Positions 24,566 to 35,512 of a stretch of DNA of 64,000 nucleotides are shown piece after piece (position 1 is the stretch's first letter; each line of letters starts with the position of its first letter). The notes below the pieces were generated by a model. The model ran no database searches, was not told the origin of the DNA, and worked only from the letters and a program-made list of their open reading frames with translations. The stretch is from NCBI GenBank assembly GCA_964270895.1, contig OZ185439.1; one strand, given 5' to 3'. Position numbers and translations under genes: made by a program. Source of the stretch: Podarcis filfolensis (Eukaryota).

Positions 24566-27500
24566 GATATGATTGAAACCAGGAACTGCTCTGTGTGCTA
24601 ATTTTATAAATCTTGTGATCCAGACAGTTTGCAACGAATCACCTGTCTCAATGGCCCTGGTAGGACATGTCCACTCACATTGCCTCTCTTGGCAAGATGA
24701 GAAAACAGAGGGACAAGGTGCATTGGGCTTTGTTGAGAATGTAGTGAGAAAACTTCTTGGCACTGTGGCAGGACATGAGAAGCCAATGGTTTAAATGTTA
24801 TCCTTAATGAAAAATGAGATCCTGGTGAGCAAGAGGGCAGACTTTAGGTACTCTTCATGCAAACATCCCTGAAAGACCTGGTGGCAGCCACATCCACAGC
24901 CTATGCTTCACGTTTCACACCACACATAGTTGAGCAGCCCTGTGAATTTCTGAAAATCCATGTTGAGAAGTAACACATAAATTTTGAAAGCAAGTTATCC
25001 TCTCTGAGGTTTTCATCCCTAATGAAGGTGCTAATTGCCCTATTGATTTCCATTAGAACCACTCTTCCTAGGCCTCACATTTACCATTCTGACAGCTCCT
25101 GCTCCTTCATAATATGGTCAATAACCATAGTCCCTAACAGCAGTACTGTGTTTGGAGAAGTGAAACTCATTGTTTATTCACCTGGAATTTAGTTAGTGGC
25201 TGTACGTGCAGTCAGGGTCAGGGAGGTGGATAAAGTTCCTGCAAAGAATTTCAGACATTCCTTATATTGGATTAAACCTGTCATGCAGCACTGCCTAGCT
25301 GTGACATTTCTTCTGGGTCACAAAACCTAAAGTGCTTCTTATTTTCCCTGCAGCTGGTATTGGACTTTTTTCCCACCCACTGTAGTGGGTGTTCTTAAGA
25401 CCTTGGTACAATAAGCAGCATGCAAACACGTCTTGGTCTTGCCTCAGAAGCACAAGGTGCAGAAGCTTCCTGTTTTCTTTGCATCTCTGTCACATCTGAA
25501 TCTGCTCTGTACAGCTTCTGGTATTGTGCGATCCAGTCGTCCTATTAGCTGTTCCTTCATGGAACACACGGCGTGGGTGGGCGGGGGGTTGTATATAGTT
25601 AGTGATCTCTTGAGTCCTGTTATTTTGGAAGCAAATCAAGTGTGTTTCTGCACCATTTCAAATTACAGAGAAAACTTAATATGTAGGGTTTTATCAAATC
25701 TGGGAACCAGGAAATGGGAGAATATGTGAAACCCATCAAATTCCTTGCAGTATCCTGTCTGCCAGGAAGCCCTGAATTGATTAGAATCATGATCAAAGGG
25801 CTTGTTGTGAATGTCTTCCTCTACAAATTCCAGAGCCAGTATTGTCTATGCTCAGTCTGGATGTTTGAAGTTTGCCTCTAAGCCTGACACTGTAAAACAT
25901 AGCTGTCCTTGGGTCAGAAAACAGCAACAACAAACCAAATTAATATACAAAACGCTGTCTCAAAACACAAAGACAGAATTGCAAGATGAGAAGGGTTTCT
26001 CTCACCCACCCTCCTGGCACAGGCCAGGGAATTTCCTCTTGTTAACACTAAGCCCATTCTATTTTTTTTAAAAAAACAACAACCTTGTCTTTGGCTACAC
26101 TTGTCACCTCTAGGAAAGCTCCTGGTTTTGCTTTGCAACCTAGGAATGATGGTAAATGCATCCCTTCCCTGGGCAGCTTATTCCAGTGCTTAATCCAATT
26201 CATAACCATTGTTGTTCCCAAGTGGGATGTGTCATGCTTCACCTCCCAGCTGTCAGTTCTTGTTGTGCTTCCTTCGCTCTTTAGTGCTCAATTTCTTCTC
26301 CCTGGGAAGGTATCTGCCAATGCACTAATTCCATTGCACCCTTCTCTTTAAGACATTAAACAGATTTGAACCCTTATTGTCTGTGACTCTCAGGCTCTCT
26401 CATCTAATTTCTAGATGGAGCAGTGATGGCGGGGGGAGGGGGGATACATGGGTGAAGGTCTGAGGATCCTTCCCTGATATTCCATCCCACAGAGATTGAA
26501 TTGGCCAGAGTATCTCATTTGCATGCAGGGGGCTAAATACATTTCAGCTTTCCAGTCACAGCGGGAGAGGAAGGAGGCAACTGCTGCTGCAGTAAATTGC
26601 ATTTGAATTTACAAGTACCTGCCTGCTGGCCTGCAGTTTTGAATGTGTTTTGGGGGGAGACAGAGGGAGATTACTTTTTTAAAAGGCCCATTCAGAACAC
26701 TGTGATGCTTAAAATCCTTTGGGTTTTTTTCCCTTTCTACCTTTAAAGTGTTGCCATATCACCTCCGGAGTCTGTGTTGTCAGTCCGATACAATGGGTAG
26801 CAGCTTTAACATGCCCTGCAAAAGCCTACCATCCCACGGCTGGCCAGAGCAAAACAACTGGTGTTGATTCTATGCTATCCAGTATGCTTTGTGCAATGCT
26901 CTTAACCCACAGGTATAGATTCCTGCTTTGAATCTAAGTAAGTGTGTCAAAATGGAGCGGAGTTGCAAGTGTGCTTCCCTTTGGCACAAGTGCAGGGTAT
27001 TCCCCTGGGAAATGCGATCCATTTTCACCACCCGCTGGCTGTCGGCTGATCCTACCTGTCTCCTGGCTGTTGTCTGCATGCCTCCAGCAGGCACAGCAAG
27101 GCCAGCAGCTGTGGAAGCGTCACTCCCAGGGGCTGGATCCAAGGCCACTTTGGTGCTAATTACTGCCCACAAGCAACAGGGACGGATGGGGGCGAGGTGT
27201 TTGAAGGATGCATGCTGTGTTGGTGGTGCTGGCGACCAGCTTGGTGGGCGTGGCTGTGGTGCCATTTAAAATCTAGTGGGCCTTCTTGGCCCCATAGGAG
27301 TTTCTTCTGCTCCCAACCCTGGCTAGATGCAGCTGGAGTCTAGTGCACCACAGGACATCACAGACTGCCAGGTCAGGGATGGCTGGGATAGAGACAGATC
27401 TGGAAGGGTCTGGAGGTGTGGCAGCAGATGTCGGAGCAGCTTTCAAGCTGGGCCCAGCACACCATAGGTCTGGGAGCCACCATGTTCAGTCCCAGAAAAC

Positions 27501-28602
27501 CTCTGTTTGCCGGGAAAGGCTTAGGCATAGCACCAGGAGTTGATTGCAGCTGGCTCAGGACTTATGTGACATGGATAAATTAAAGCAAAAACGCTCCTCA
27601 GGAAGCCTGCCTAGTGAATGTCAAACCAACAACCTTTCATCTGTAGAACCTGCACTTGGCTGAAGGGTTAATGCCACTTAACTTATACCACCATGGTGTG
27701 AGAGAGCCCAGCACTTAGCTATGTAGTCTCCAGAGTAAAATGAGACAGACAGCAGACTCTAATAAGGAATCAGAATTCCAATTTAATTCTGTCTTCTAGG
27801 AGAAGCAGATCTGAATGGAGCAAAGGAGATAACTAGAAGGCGATAAGGAGAGGTGGAAATGGAGGTGGGAGAGAGAGAAAGACACAGTCACTTGCACACA
27901 GGCAATCACTTTGGCAGTCTGGAAGTTTTTAGAGGCTGAACATCAGGAATGCGGTTGTTGGTATCTCCTCACTTGTTAGCAAGAGAACTGTGTCCAGGCA
28001 CTGTGGTGGCTGTTTAGAAAGGGTGGTATAAAGGGGCAAAAGTTTTGTGTTTTAAAACTTCCATGCCATCCCTATATATCTGTAAGGTTGCTTATCTCTT
28101 CTGAATTCAATGTTTCTACAGAGAATGGGCTAGGCATGATTTTATTTATATACTTCCTAGCTGATATTTCTGGACAAGGTGGCATACAAAAAGAAGTTTG
28201 CAAAATATCCATGAAACAAAAAAACTGCAACCTTCAATCCTTGTTAAAAATCAATCAACATACCCAGACTGTCGGTTAAAACACTTTTCACAGCACTAGC
28301 AACCCACAGTCCAAGCCAGAAGGCATTGATCAATAACAGGCTGAGCAGGAGATATGTGCTTAAAGACTTCCAGATAGCTTAATGAATGGCAGCCCTCTCT
28401 GGACCCTCTGGAAGCGCATTGCAAAACTGTGGGGCCACTACAGAAAAGGTCCTCCCTCTCACGGCCACCAACCTCACTGATGTAGGAGGTGGGTTCATGA
28501 TGAGAGCCACCACTGCACATCTTGGTGTGTGGGCAGCCTGATGATGGGTGCAGGTGGTCCCTCAAACCATTTAAGACTTTAAAGATGAAAGCTAGCCATT
28601 TA

Positions 28603-29396
28603 CCGTATTTTTCGCCCTATAGGACGCACTTTTTCCCCTCCAAAAATGAAGGGGAAATGTGTGTGCGTCCTATGGGGCAAATGCAGGCTTTCGCTGAAGC
28701 CTGGAGAGCGAGAGGGGTCGGTGCGCACCGACCCCTCTTGCTCTTCAGGCTTCAGGAAGCTATCCCCCCCAGCCCGGCAAGCTCCCAGCTTTGCCATCGC
28801 TCTGGGACCCGTTCTGGGGGCTGGGGTCAGGGGAAGCTTGAGCTTCCCCCGCCCCCAGCCGCGCAAGCTCCCAGAGCGATGCCGAAGGTGCACGCACCTT
28901 CTCCATCACTCTCCGACCGGTTCTGGGGGCTGGGGAAGCTCCGGCTTCTCCCGCCCGCAGCCTCGCAGGCTCTGAGAGTGATGGCAAACGTGCGCGCACC
29001 TTCGCCATCGCTCTCCGACCCGTTCTGGGGGCTGGGGGCGGGGGAAGCTCGGGCTTCCTCCACCCCCAGCCCCGCAAGCTCCGGGAGCGATGGCGAAGGT
29101 GCGCTCACCTTCGCCAGGGCTCTCGGACCCGTTCTAGGGGCTGCGGTCGGGGGAAGCTCGGGCTTCCCCCACCCCCAGCCCCGCAAGCTCCGGGAGCGAT
29201 GGCGAACGTGCGCGCACCTTCGCCATTGCTCTTGGGCTTCCCCTCACCTTCGCCAGCGCTCTCGGACCCATTCTGGGGGCTGGGGTCGGGGGAAGCCTGG
29301 GGGGGTGGGGAAATATTTTTTTTTCCCTTTATTCCCCCCCCCCCAAATCTAGGTGCGTCCTATGGGCCGGTGCATCCTATAGGGTGAAAAATACGG
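28603..29396. mobile_element. Tc1/mariner (Tc2/pogo-like) non-autonomous element with internal GC-rich minisatellite
   Basis: 27-bp TIRs CCGTATTTTTCGCCCTATAGGACGCAC / GTGCATCCTATAGGGTGAAAAATACGG (2 mismatches), TA TSD on both sides; no transposase ORF. Confidence 0.92.
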
Positions 29397-31676
29397 TAAA
29401 TTCAACTCAGAAATGTCGCAGAAGCCAGTGTGGCTAGTATGGTGTAGATATTACTGAAGCTGACATTCTTATCCCTATCAAAACTTAAGTTTCAAAGGGC
29501 AGTCCCACAAAGAGCATAATGCACTTGTCAAGCCTGGATGTGAGTGGGGCACAAAATGTTTTGGCTGAGTTTGACCTATCCAGATAAGGCTGCAGTTGGC
29601 ATATCAGCCAAAGAATGCACCCTTAGCTACCAGCACCACTTGAGCATACATAGCTCACACCAAGTCCAGGAGTGCTTCCAAACTGTGTACCCAGTCTTTC
29701 AGGGGAGCGCCACCCCATTGAGAACCAGCTCCAAACCTCCTTCCAGAGCAGTCAGTCTCCCATCCCACAGGACCTCTGTATTTCTTTGATTCAGCCTCAG
29801 TTGGCTAGACCTTCTCCTTCCCAGTGTGACAAGCTAAGGAACCTCTCTTGGATTGGAAGAATAGAGTTGAGTGTCACCAACATACAGCATGCAACAGACA
29901 CAATCCAGGCATGACAAACTGACAGATCCTTCCTCTGTGGGTGCAATATATATGTGCCTCATACCTCCCTGTGGTACGGATAGAAGTGGAGTGTCTGGGG
30001 AGCAAATTCTGCACTGTAGGTTCATTATCTCCCCACTGGTGACTGGGCAATGAAGACAGGATTTTCCATGGCATGGCTAAAGTCTGGGCAAGATGGTCTG
30101 GAGCAGTAGGAAGCAATTACCATCCCGCTGAGCCGAACCCTAATCCCCTCAAACAGCGCGAGGGGCTGGCAAGCCAAACACGCCTCAATCAGGTTAAAGT
30201 GTGAAGTTGGGATTAGCCAAGAGAATGAGAGCCTCATAATACCATTGCACCCCCTGCTTGCACCAGGCTCAGCCTGGCCCATAGGGCAGGAGATTAAGTG
30301 CTTGGCTTGTCTGCCTGAGTGGGCTCCCCACTGGGAAAGCTGTGTCCTATGGATGTCAGACAGTTTGGCTTTAGTTACTTGCTGAGTGCTGGCCAGGATC
30401 TCACACTGGGAGGCCTCGCTTGCTCCCACAATCGAGGCACCAATCCCAGCGAGGGATCCCTCCAAGTGGCTCATGTCCAAGGCACACAGGGGAGGAGGGA
30501 TGGCTGAGGCAAAGACCAAAGAGAGGGTGCAATGTTAAGGGTGCAGGCTAGCCGGGAAAACTCTCTCGGTGTCATGATTTGTTTGGTGATGGGATGTGAC
30601 CACAACTGAAACTGGAAATTGGGTCAGATTGCCCTGGAGAGGCGGGTGGTCATGCCTGTTTTAAAGGAGTCATTGGGTGAAAGAGATGAGCCAACCTTTT
30701 CTAAACTAAATGCAGAGATAATTAAAGGAAATCAGCATGTTTTCTGGACAAAGTGGTTTAAGTCTTTGCACATCATATTTCACGTTGTATCAGGAAATAT
30801 AAACAATAAGGCTGACTTGGGGTTCTGTTGGAATTATTTGCGGTAGAATGGAAGAGGTTTCTTGGAACACCCTTGTCCAAACTGAGCATTCCCATCACAT
30901 GTGGAAACCCACCCACCCCTCTTTATTGCCTATTTAACATTGAGCAGTAAAAAGTAACGTATTTGTGTTGCTATTAAACGGCATTTAGTTCAAAGTCAGA
31001 TGAAGAGCCTGGGAGATATTTGCCCTGCTCTGTAGTCCTACCAGAATTTGCATTGCTTGAAACATACTTTGTTGTATGCATACTGGTTATGGGGTCCCCT
31101 AGTTTTCACTCACTAAGAGATGATCCTTCACAAGGCTGCTTTTCTTGGGGGTCTCGATTTATCTGACTCAGCATAAATGGATGGCAGGATGGCGCAAGTA
31201 ATGGTCAGATCGTTCCTCTAAAGCCAGACAAAGCTGTTGCTACAAGCTGTCATTCATCAAGACTGGAGCAATTTGTGTCTGGGAAACTGGCAGCTTAATG
31301 TTCCTTGGAGTTACTGTGATACTGAATGAAAACAGGTCCATACATGTAGAAGAGGGAAAGAACAGGGTGATTTTCTCCATTATTTCCACTCACCTCTAGG
31401 GCAGCTGCCTCCCTGAAGAGTGTGAATATGAACTCTCCAAAGGCAGGGAGGGTGGAAGGTTACACTACTCCAAACTATGCTCTGGCTCAACACCTGTGCA
31501 GCAGGTTGTTGGTCCTATCGATTGGGGACAGACCAGACCATGGAGAAGAAAAGAACCAAAAGTGAATAAAAATAGCGATAGAATCAGTCGCTGTGAAGAG
31601 CTGGTGGACTCCAAGCAAGTCATTTGTGGTAACAATGTTATAGAAAGATTTGAAGTTCCTAATAATCTCTAATATT

Positions 31677-31834
31677 CAGTGGCGTTGCGTGGGTTGTCAG
31701 CACCCGGGGCAAGGCAAGTAATTTGCGCCCCCTAACCTGTGGATTTGCGCCCCCTAACCCGTGGATTTGCCCTAACCCCAGATGTTGCGCCCGGTGCGGC
31801 CGGCCCCCCCTGCACCCCCCACGCTACGCCACTG
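31677..31834. mobile_element. hAT MITE, 158 bp
   Basis: TIRs CAGTGGCGTTGCGTGGG / CCCACGCTACGCCACTG; perfect 8-bp TSD CTAATATT; CpG-rich. Confidence 0.92.
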
Positions 31835-33229
31835 CTAATATTCCCAGATTTTTAATTCTGAGGATGAAGCGATTGGAACTCCTACTTTCAGAAGAACTAG
31901 GGTTTTAAAAACTTTCAATATGACACAGAATGTTGAGTTGTCTGGAACTCTGAAAGTCCTCATTAGATGGGAATGTTATTTGTGCTTTGGCATTTTCACA
32001 AGGGCCTGGTTGTTCTAACAGTTTTGTAATCATGCACTCTTTCAGAGGAGAAATGTTGGCTCCCTGTTCCCAAAGGTTCTTTCCTTGGATTTTTAAGTGC
32101 CTCTGGCCAAATGCGCCCAATGGATGTTTTATAGGATTGTGTGAATGGGGGCCGGTTAATATACAATTCTCATTCATGATTTATTAGACAATGGTTTATT
32201 AAGCCATGGCTTAGTGTTATGTGTGAACCTAGTCCAGCTGCTTCATTGATGGTTTAAGGTCACTTGTTAACCAAGATTTGTAGTTTTAATCTTAGTTAAA
32301 TTTACCTTAGTTAAAATTACCCACAGCTTAGTCCTGTATGTGAACTTAGACCTCTGTCTTAAATATGGTTAAGGATCTATTGTGTCCCAAAAGCTACAGA
32401 TCTGCTGTTGAAAAGTGGCAAAAAAATTGAAACTGCTGTTAAGGGTCAATTGCTCTTGCTGATGCTTTTAACCATTCTGTGGCATAATAAGCTAAGGCTT
32501 AAGTGAAAGCCTGACAGGCACCAAAGCTTTAACTATGGTTTGTTTTCGTTTTTTAACTATGGTTAATGTTAAACATCACATGTGAACCAGACCTATGAGA
32601 CCCTAGAAACAATTCCCCTTAGGGAATAAGGTTAACAAACACTTCTCACTAGCTAGTTGTCAAAAATTGCCATTAAGGTGATGGTGATCCTGAAAGAAAT
32701 TTAGAAAAGTAATAGTGGAGCCTGGATTTTCTTTTCTTTTTTAAATTGCCTGGGTAAATAGATCTATATATCAAAGGCACATGGTGTGGTGGGGCAGTGA
32801 TTCTCACCTCCCAACAGCTGAATTGTTGTTGCTGCTTACCAGGTGGTGTGGTCTAAACTCCAGAGTGGCTCCAAAGCAGTAGCACCAGGTTGGCTCAGCT
32901 GATGTGATTGCACCATGTCAACCTCCTCACTGCCTCACCCCTCCCAGTTGGCAGCAGCAATTGAACTGTTGGAAGGCCCCACCATGTTCTCTGCTGCTGC
33001 TGCTGCTGCTGCTACATAGAGATTGGTGAGGGATCCCATCACCTGAACACCCTAGTGCTATTTTTAGCACCTCCTAATAGTAAATTGCCTCTTTATAGTA
33101 TACACCATTCACATGTGGAATAAACTGAATGAATAGATAAATAAATGCGTCAATCTTTGGAAGAGTTTTGGTTGCCCCCAACATTCACATATATACCAAG
33201 AAGTTATTAAGCCTCTGCTAACCCCACAG

Positions 33230-33735
33230 TGCCTGGGTTAGAGATGTTTCAGAGATGAATTGGAGAGGAATACGGAGATGAACATATTCTCAGTTCTAGC
33301 CTTTCCATCTCATGCTCCTTAGAAAAGGAGTACAGTCATAAAAAAAAATATTGTTAAAATGGATGTACCGTGCTATATTAGAAGCAAAAAAAAACTTGTT
33401 TTGATGAATTGGAAGAACTGCAAAAAGATTTCATTGAGCACATGGATTGATAATATGGACAGATTAGCTACATGTGAATGAATTGTATGTCGACGCAAAT
33501 TACGAATGGAGAAATATGAAGAAATCTGGAATGAATATTTAAGCGATAAGGTGGATAGTGGGGGGGAGGAGAGAGAGGTGGGGAAATCTTGTTAAAAGGG
33601 GGCAGTCATAGGTATATCAGTGTATTTAAATCTGAATTGTCAAATTGTGTTATTATTGCTATTATGGTTTTCGTAGTAGTGTTTTTTGTGGTTGTTGTTT
33701 GTATCGAAAAAATGATTAAATAATTTTTTTTTAAA
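33230..33735 (+). mobile_element. L1-clade LINE 3' fragment (ORF2 C-terminus + 3' UTR)
   Basis: Frame KILLKWMYRAILEAKKKLVLMNWKNCKKISLSTWIDNMDRLATCE*IVCRRKLRMEKYEEIWNEYL resembles non-mammalian L1 ORF2 ends; T-rich UTR and A/T tail; 5' boundary approximate. Confidence 0.6.
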
Positions 33736-33984
33736 ATACCTTGTGTTGCGTTTGCTTCAGGTTGAGCGTTTTCAGGTTGCATCCTGCGGTGACCCGGAAG
33801 TACTGGAAAGGGTTACTTCTGGGTTTCGCCACTCGCGCATGCGCAGATGCTCAAAATGACATCACGCGCTTGCTCAGAAGCAGCAAATTGCGACCCACAC
33901 AAGCGCAGACGCGGGTTGCATTCTGCTCGGGTTGCGAACAGGGCTCCAGAACGGATCCTGTTTGCAACCAGAGGTACCACTGTA
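33736..33984. mobile_element. Tigger/pogo-like MITE (left TIR truncated)
   Basis: Right end GCAACCAGAGGTACCACTGTA; internal repeated GGTTGC/GGTTGA motifs; left end begins at ATACCTTGTGTTGCG. Confidence 0.75.
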
Positions 33985-35440
33985 CTGGGATCTTGGGGTG
34001 TGGGCCAGAGGGAGGGAGGCTGAAGAAAGTTGCTTCCAAAACACGTCCTCTGAGAGAAACATGTCTCTGTGGGCAAAAGTTGCACAGCCGCTGCCTGTAG
34101 CAACATGAGGGTCCAGTCTAAAGGAGTGTTTGACACTCATTATAAACAGTGGATGCTTTTTAATGATGCCACTTAGCTGGAGAGGTTGGTTGTTAGCAGA
34201 AGTGTGGAGAAGAAACCAGGATGTCCTGCACACTTCCTTTCCCCAATGCTATGTGCCAAGTCTGAGGAGCTGCTGTTCTGTCTCAAAGGTAACAGATTGA
34301 AGAGGTGACATCAGTCAGCAATGAAAGAGCTTCTGCTGCCCTCTCCTGGTTAGGATTGAGCTGTACTGTGGCAATCGTACTTTCTTCTTGCTCTTAGATT
34401 GCATTTGTTATTTTCAAAAAAGGTTTGCAGGGGTGGTGGAGCAGGCTGTGTGTTTGGGTCCACAATAGCGTGTGTGCACATGTGTGTGTGTTAGTCTCAT
34501 GATACAGAAATTTATCAGAAGGCACCTCACTGATAAGCATCAGCCATTATAGACTTGCACGAAACAATTTGCATGGAAGTTAGGAAATGGCAGCAAGGCA
34601 ATTAAATACCATCACAGCTTGTGCTCTTTTAAGCTTCCACACAGGTACTCTGTGTGTGTGTGGTGTGTGTGATGCATAGAATTGCCAAGTATCTTTGTTA
34701 ATAACTCAGCAGTCACCGGGCATTTCTGTTCTGAGGATGCCTCTACTCCCAGGGTTGGGAAACGCAAGTGTCAACTGTCCACTCCCTTCTCCCAGCCCCT
34801 TCATGACTCTTGGTGAGATACAAGGGGCCAGCAGGGATACTGGATGAGGCATGCTGTGGAATGAAGAGCTGGAAGAGGTGTTGCATCTGATAAGTGTGAC
34901 TCACCTTGTTTCTTGCATGCAGATGCCAGAGACTGGAATATGCATCCTCATTGTCCATTAGGTCACCTCCTTTGCTATTTCTAAAATGGACTGACTGGGT
35001 TGCTTTTGTACCTTGCCGTAAATCAGGTGGACACTGGATGTTTGAAAACGTGCATTCTTATTTAAATTGCTTAAGGTATTCAAACCACCATCAGTCATCT
35101 CATCTTGCTGCCATGACATAAGTGGCATGAGATGAACCATTCATTATATGAACGGGGCATAGAATGCAATGCTGTTTGCTGTGCCAGTGTCCTGGGGGTT
35201 GTTTGGTGAAAAGAGCAGCATTTCGGGCCACACACATCACCTCTTCAGTGCCAGAGCTCACTCTGGAGCATATAAAACAATAAGGATGGTCATGCATCTG
35301 AGCATGTGCAGAATATTTCTTCATTGCTGCTTAGTATTCCCCTGCTAGTCCTCATAACCTGATGCCTCACTACCTTGCCAACCCCCCATACTTCATTGTC
35401 TCTCCACTGACAGATGGCTCTCTTAAATTATCATCTGCAG

Positions 35441-35512
35441 GGACTTGAGCGAGAACCTCCTTCTGGCTGTTCCCAGGAAGGCGTTTCGTGGAGCTACTGA
35501 TCTCAAGAACCT
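35441..35512 (+). CDS. SLIT1: SLIT1 exon 5 (72 nt, LRR)
   Basis: ctgcag|G GAC...AAC CT|gtgagt; [24 protein letters not shown]. Confidence 0.95.

Larger units (their letters stand above)
1..35440 (+). other. SLIT1: Distal part of the giant SLIT1 intron (intron 4 by human numbering)
   Basis: No LRR-type exon recognised by eye upstream of 35441; only repeats, microsatellites and non-coding DNA. The first exon found begins in phase with a missing upstream LRR exon. Confidence 0.8.

Noticed and set aside
28522-29352. 276-aa ORF and overlapping ORFs as a possible transposase or new gene
   Set aside because: The frames stay open only because the GC-rich minisatellite lacks stop codons; no DDE/DDD or helix-turn-helix motifs.
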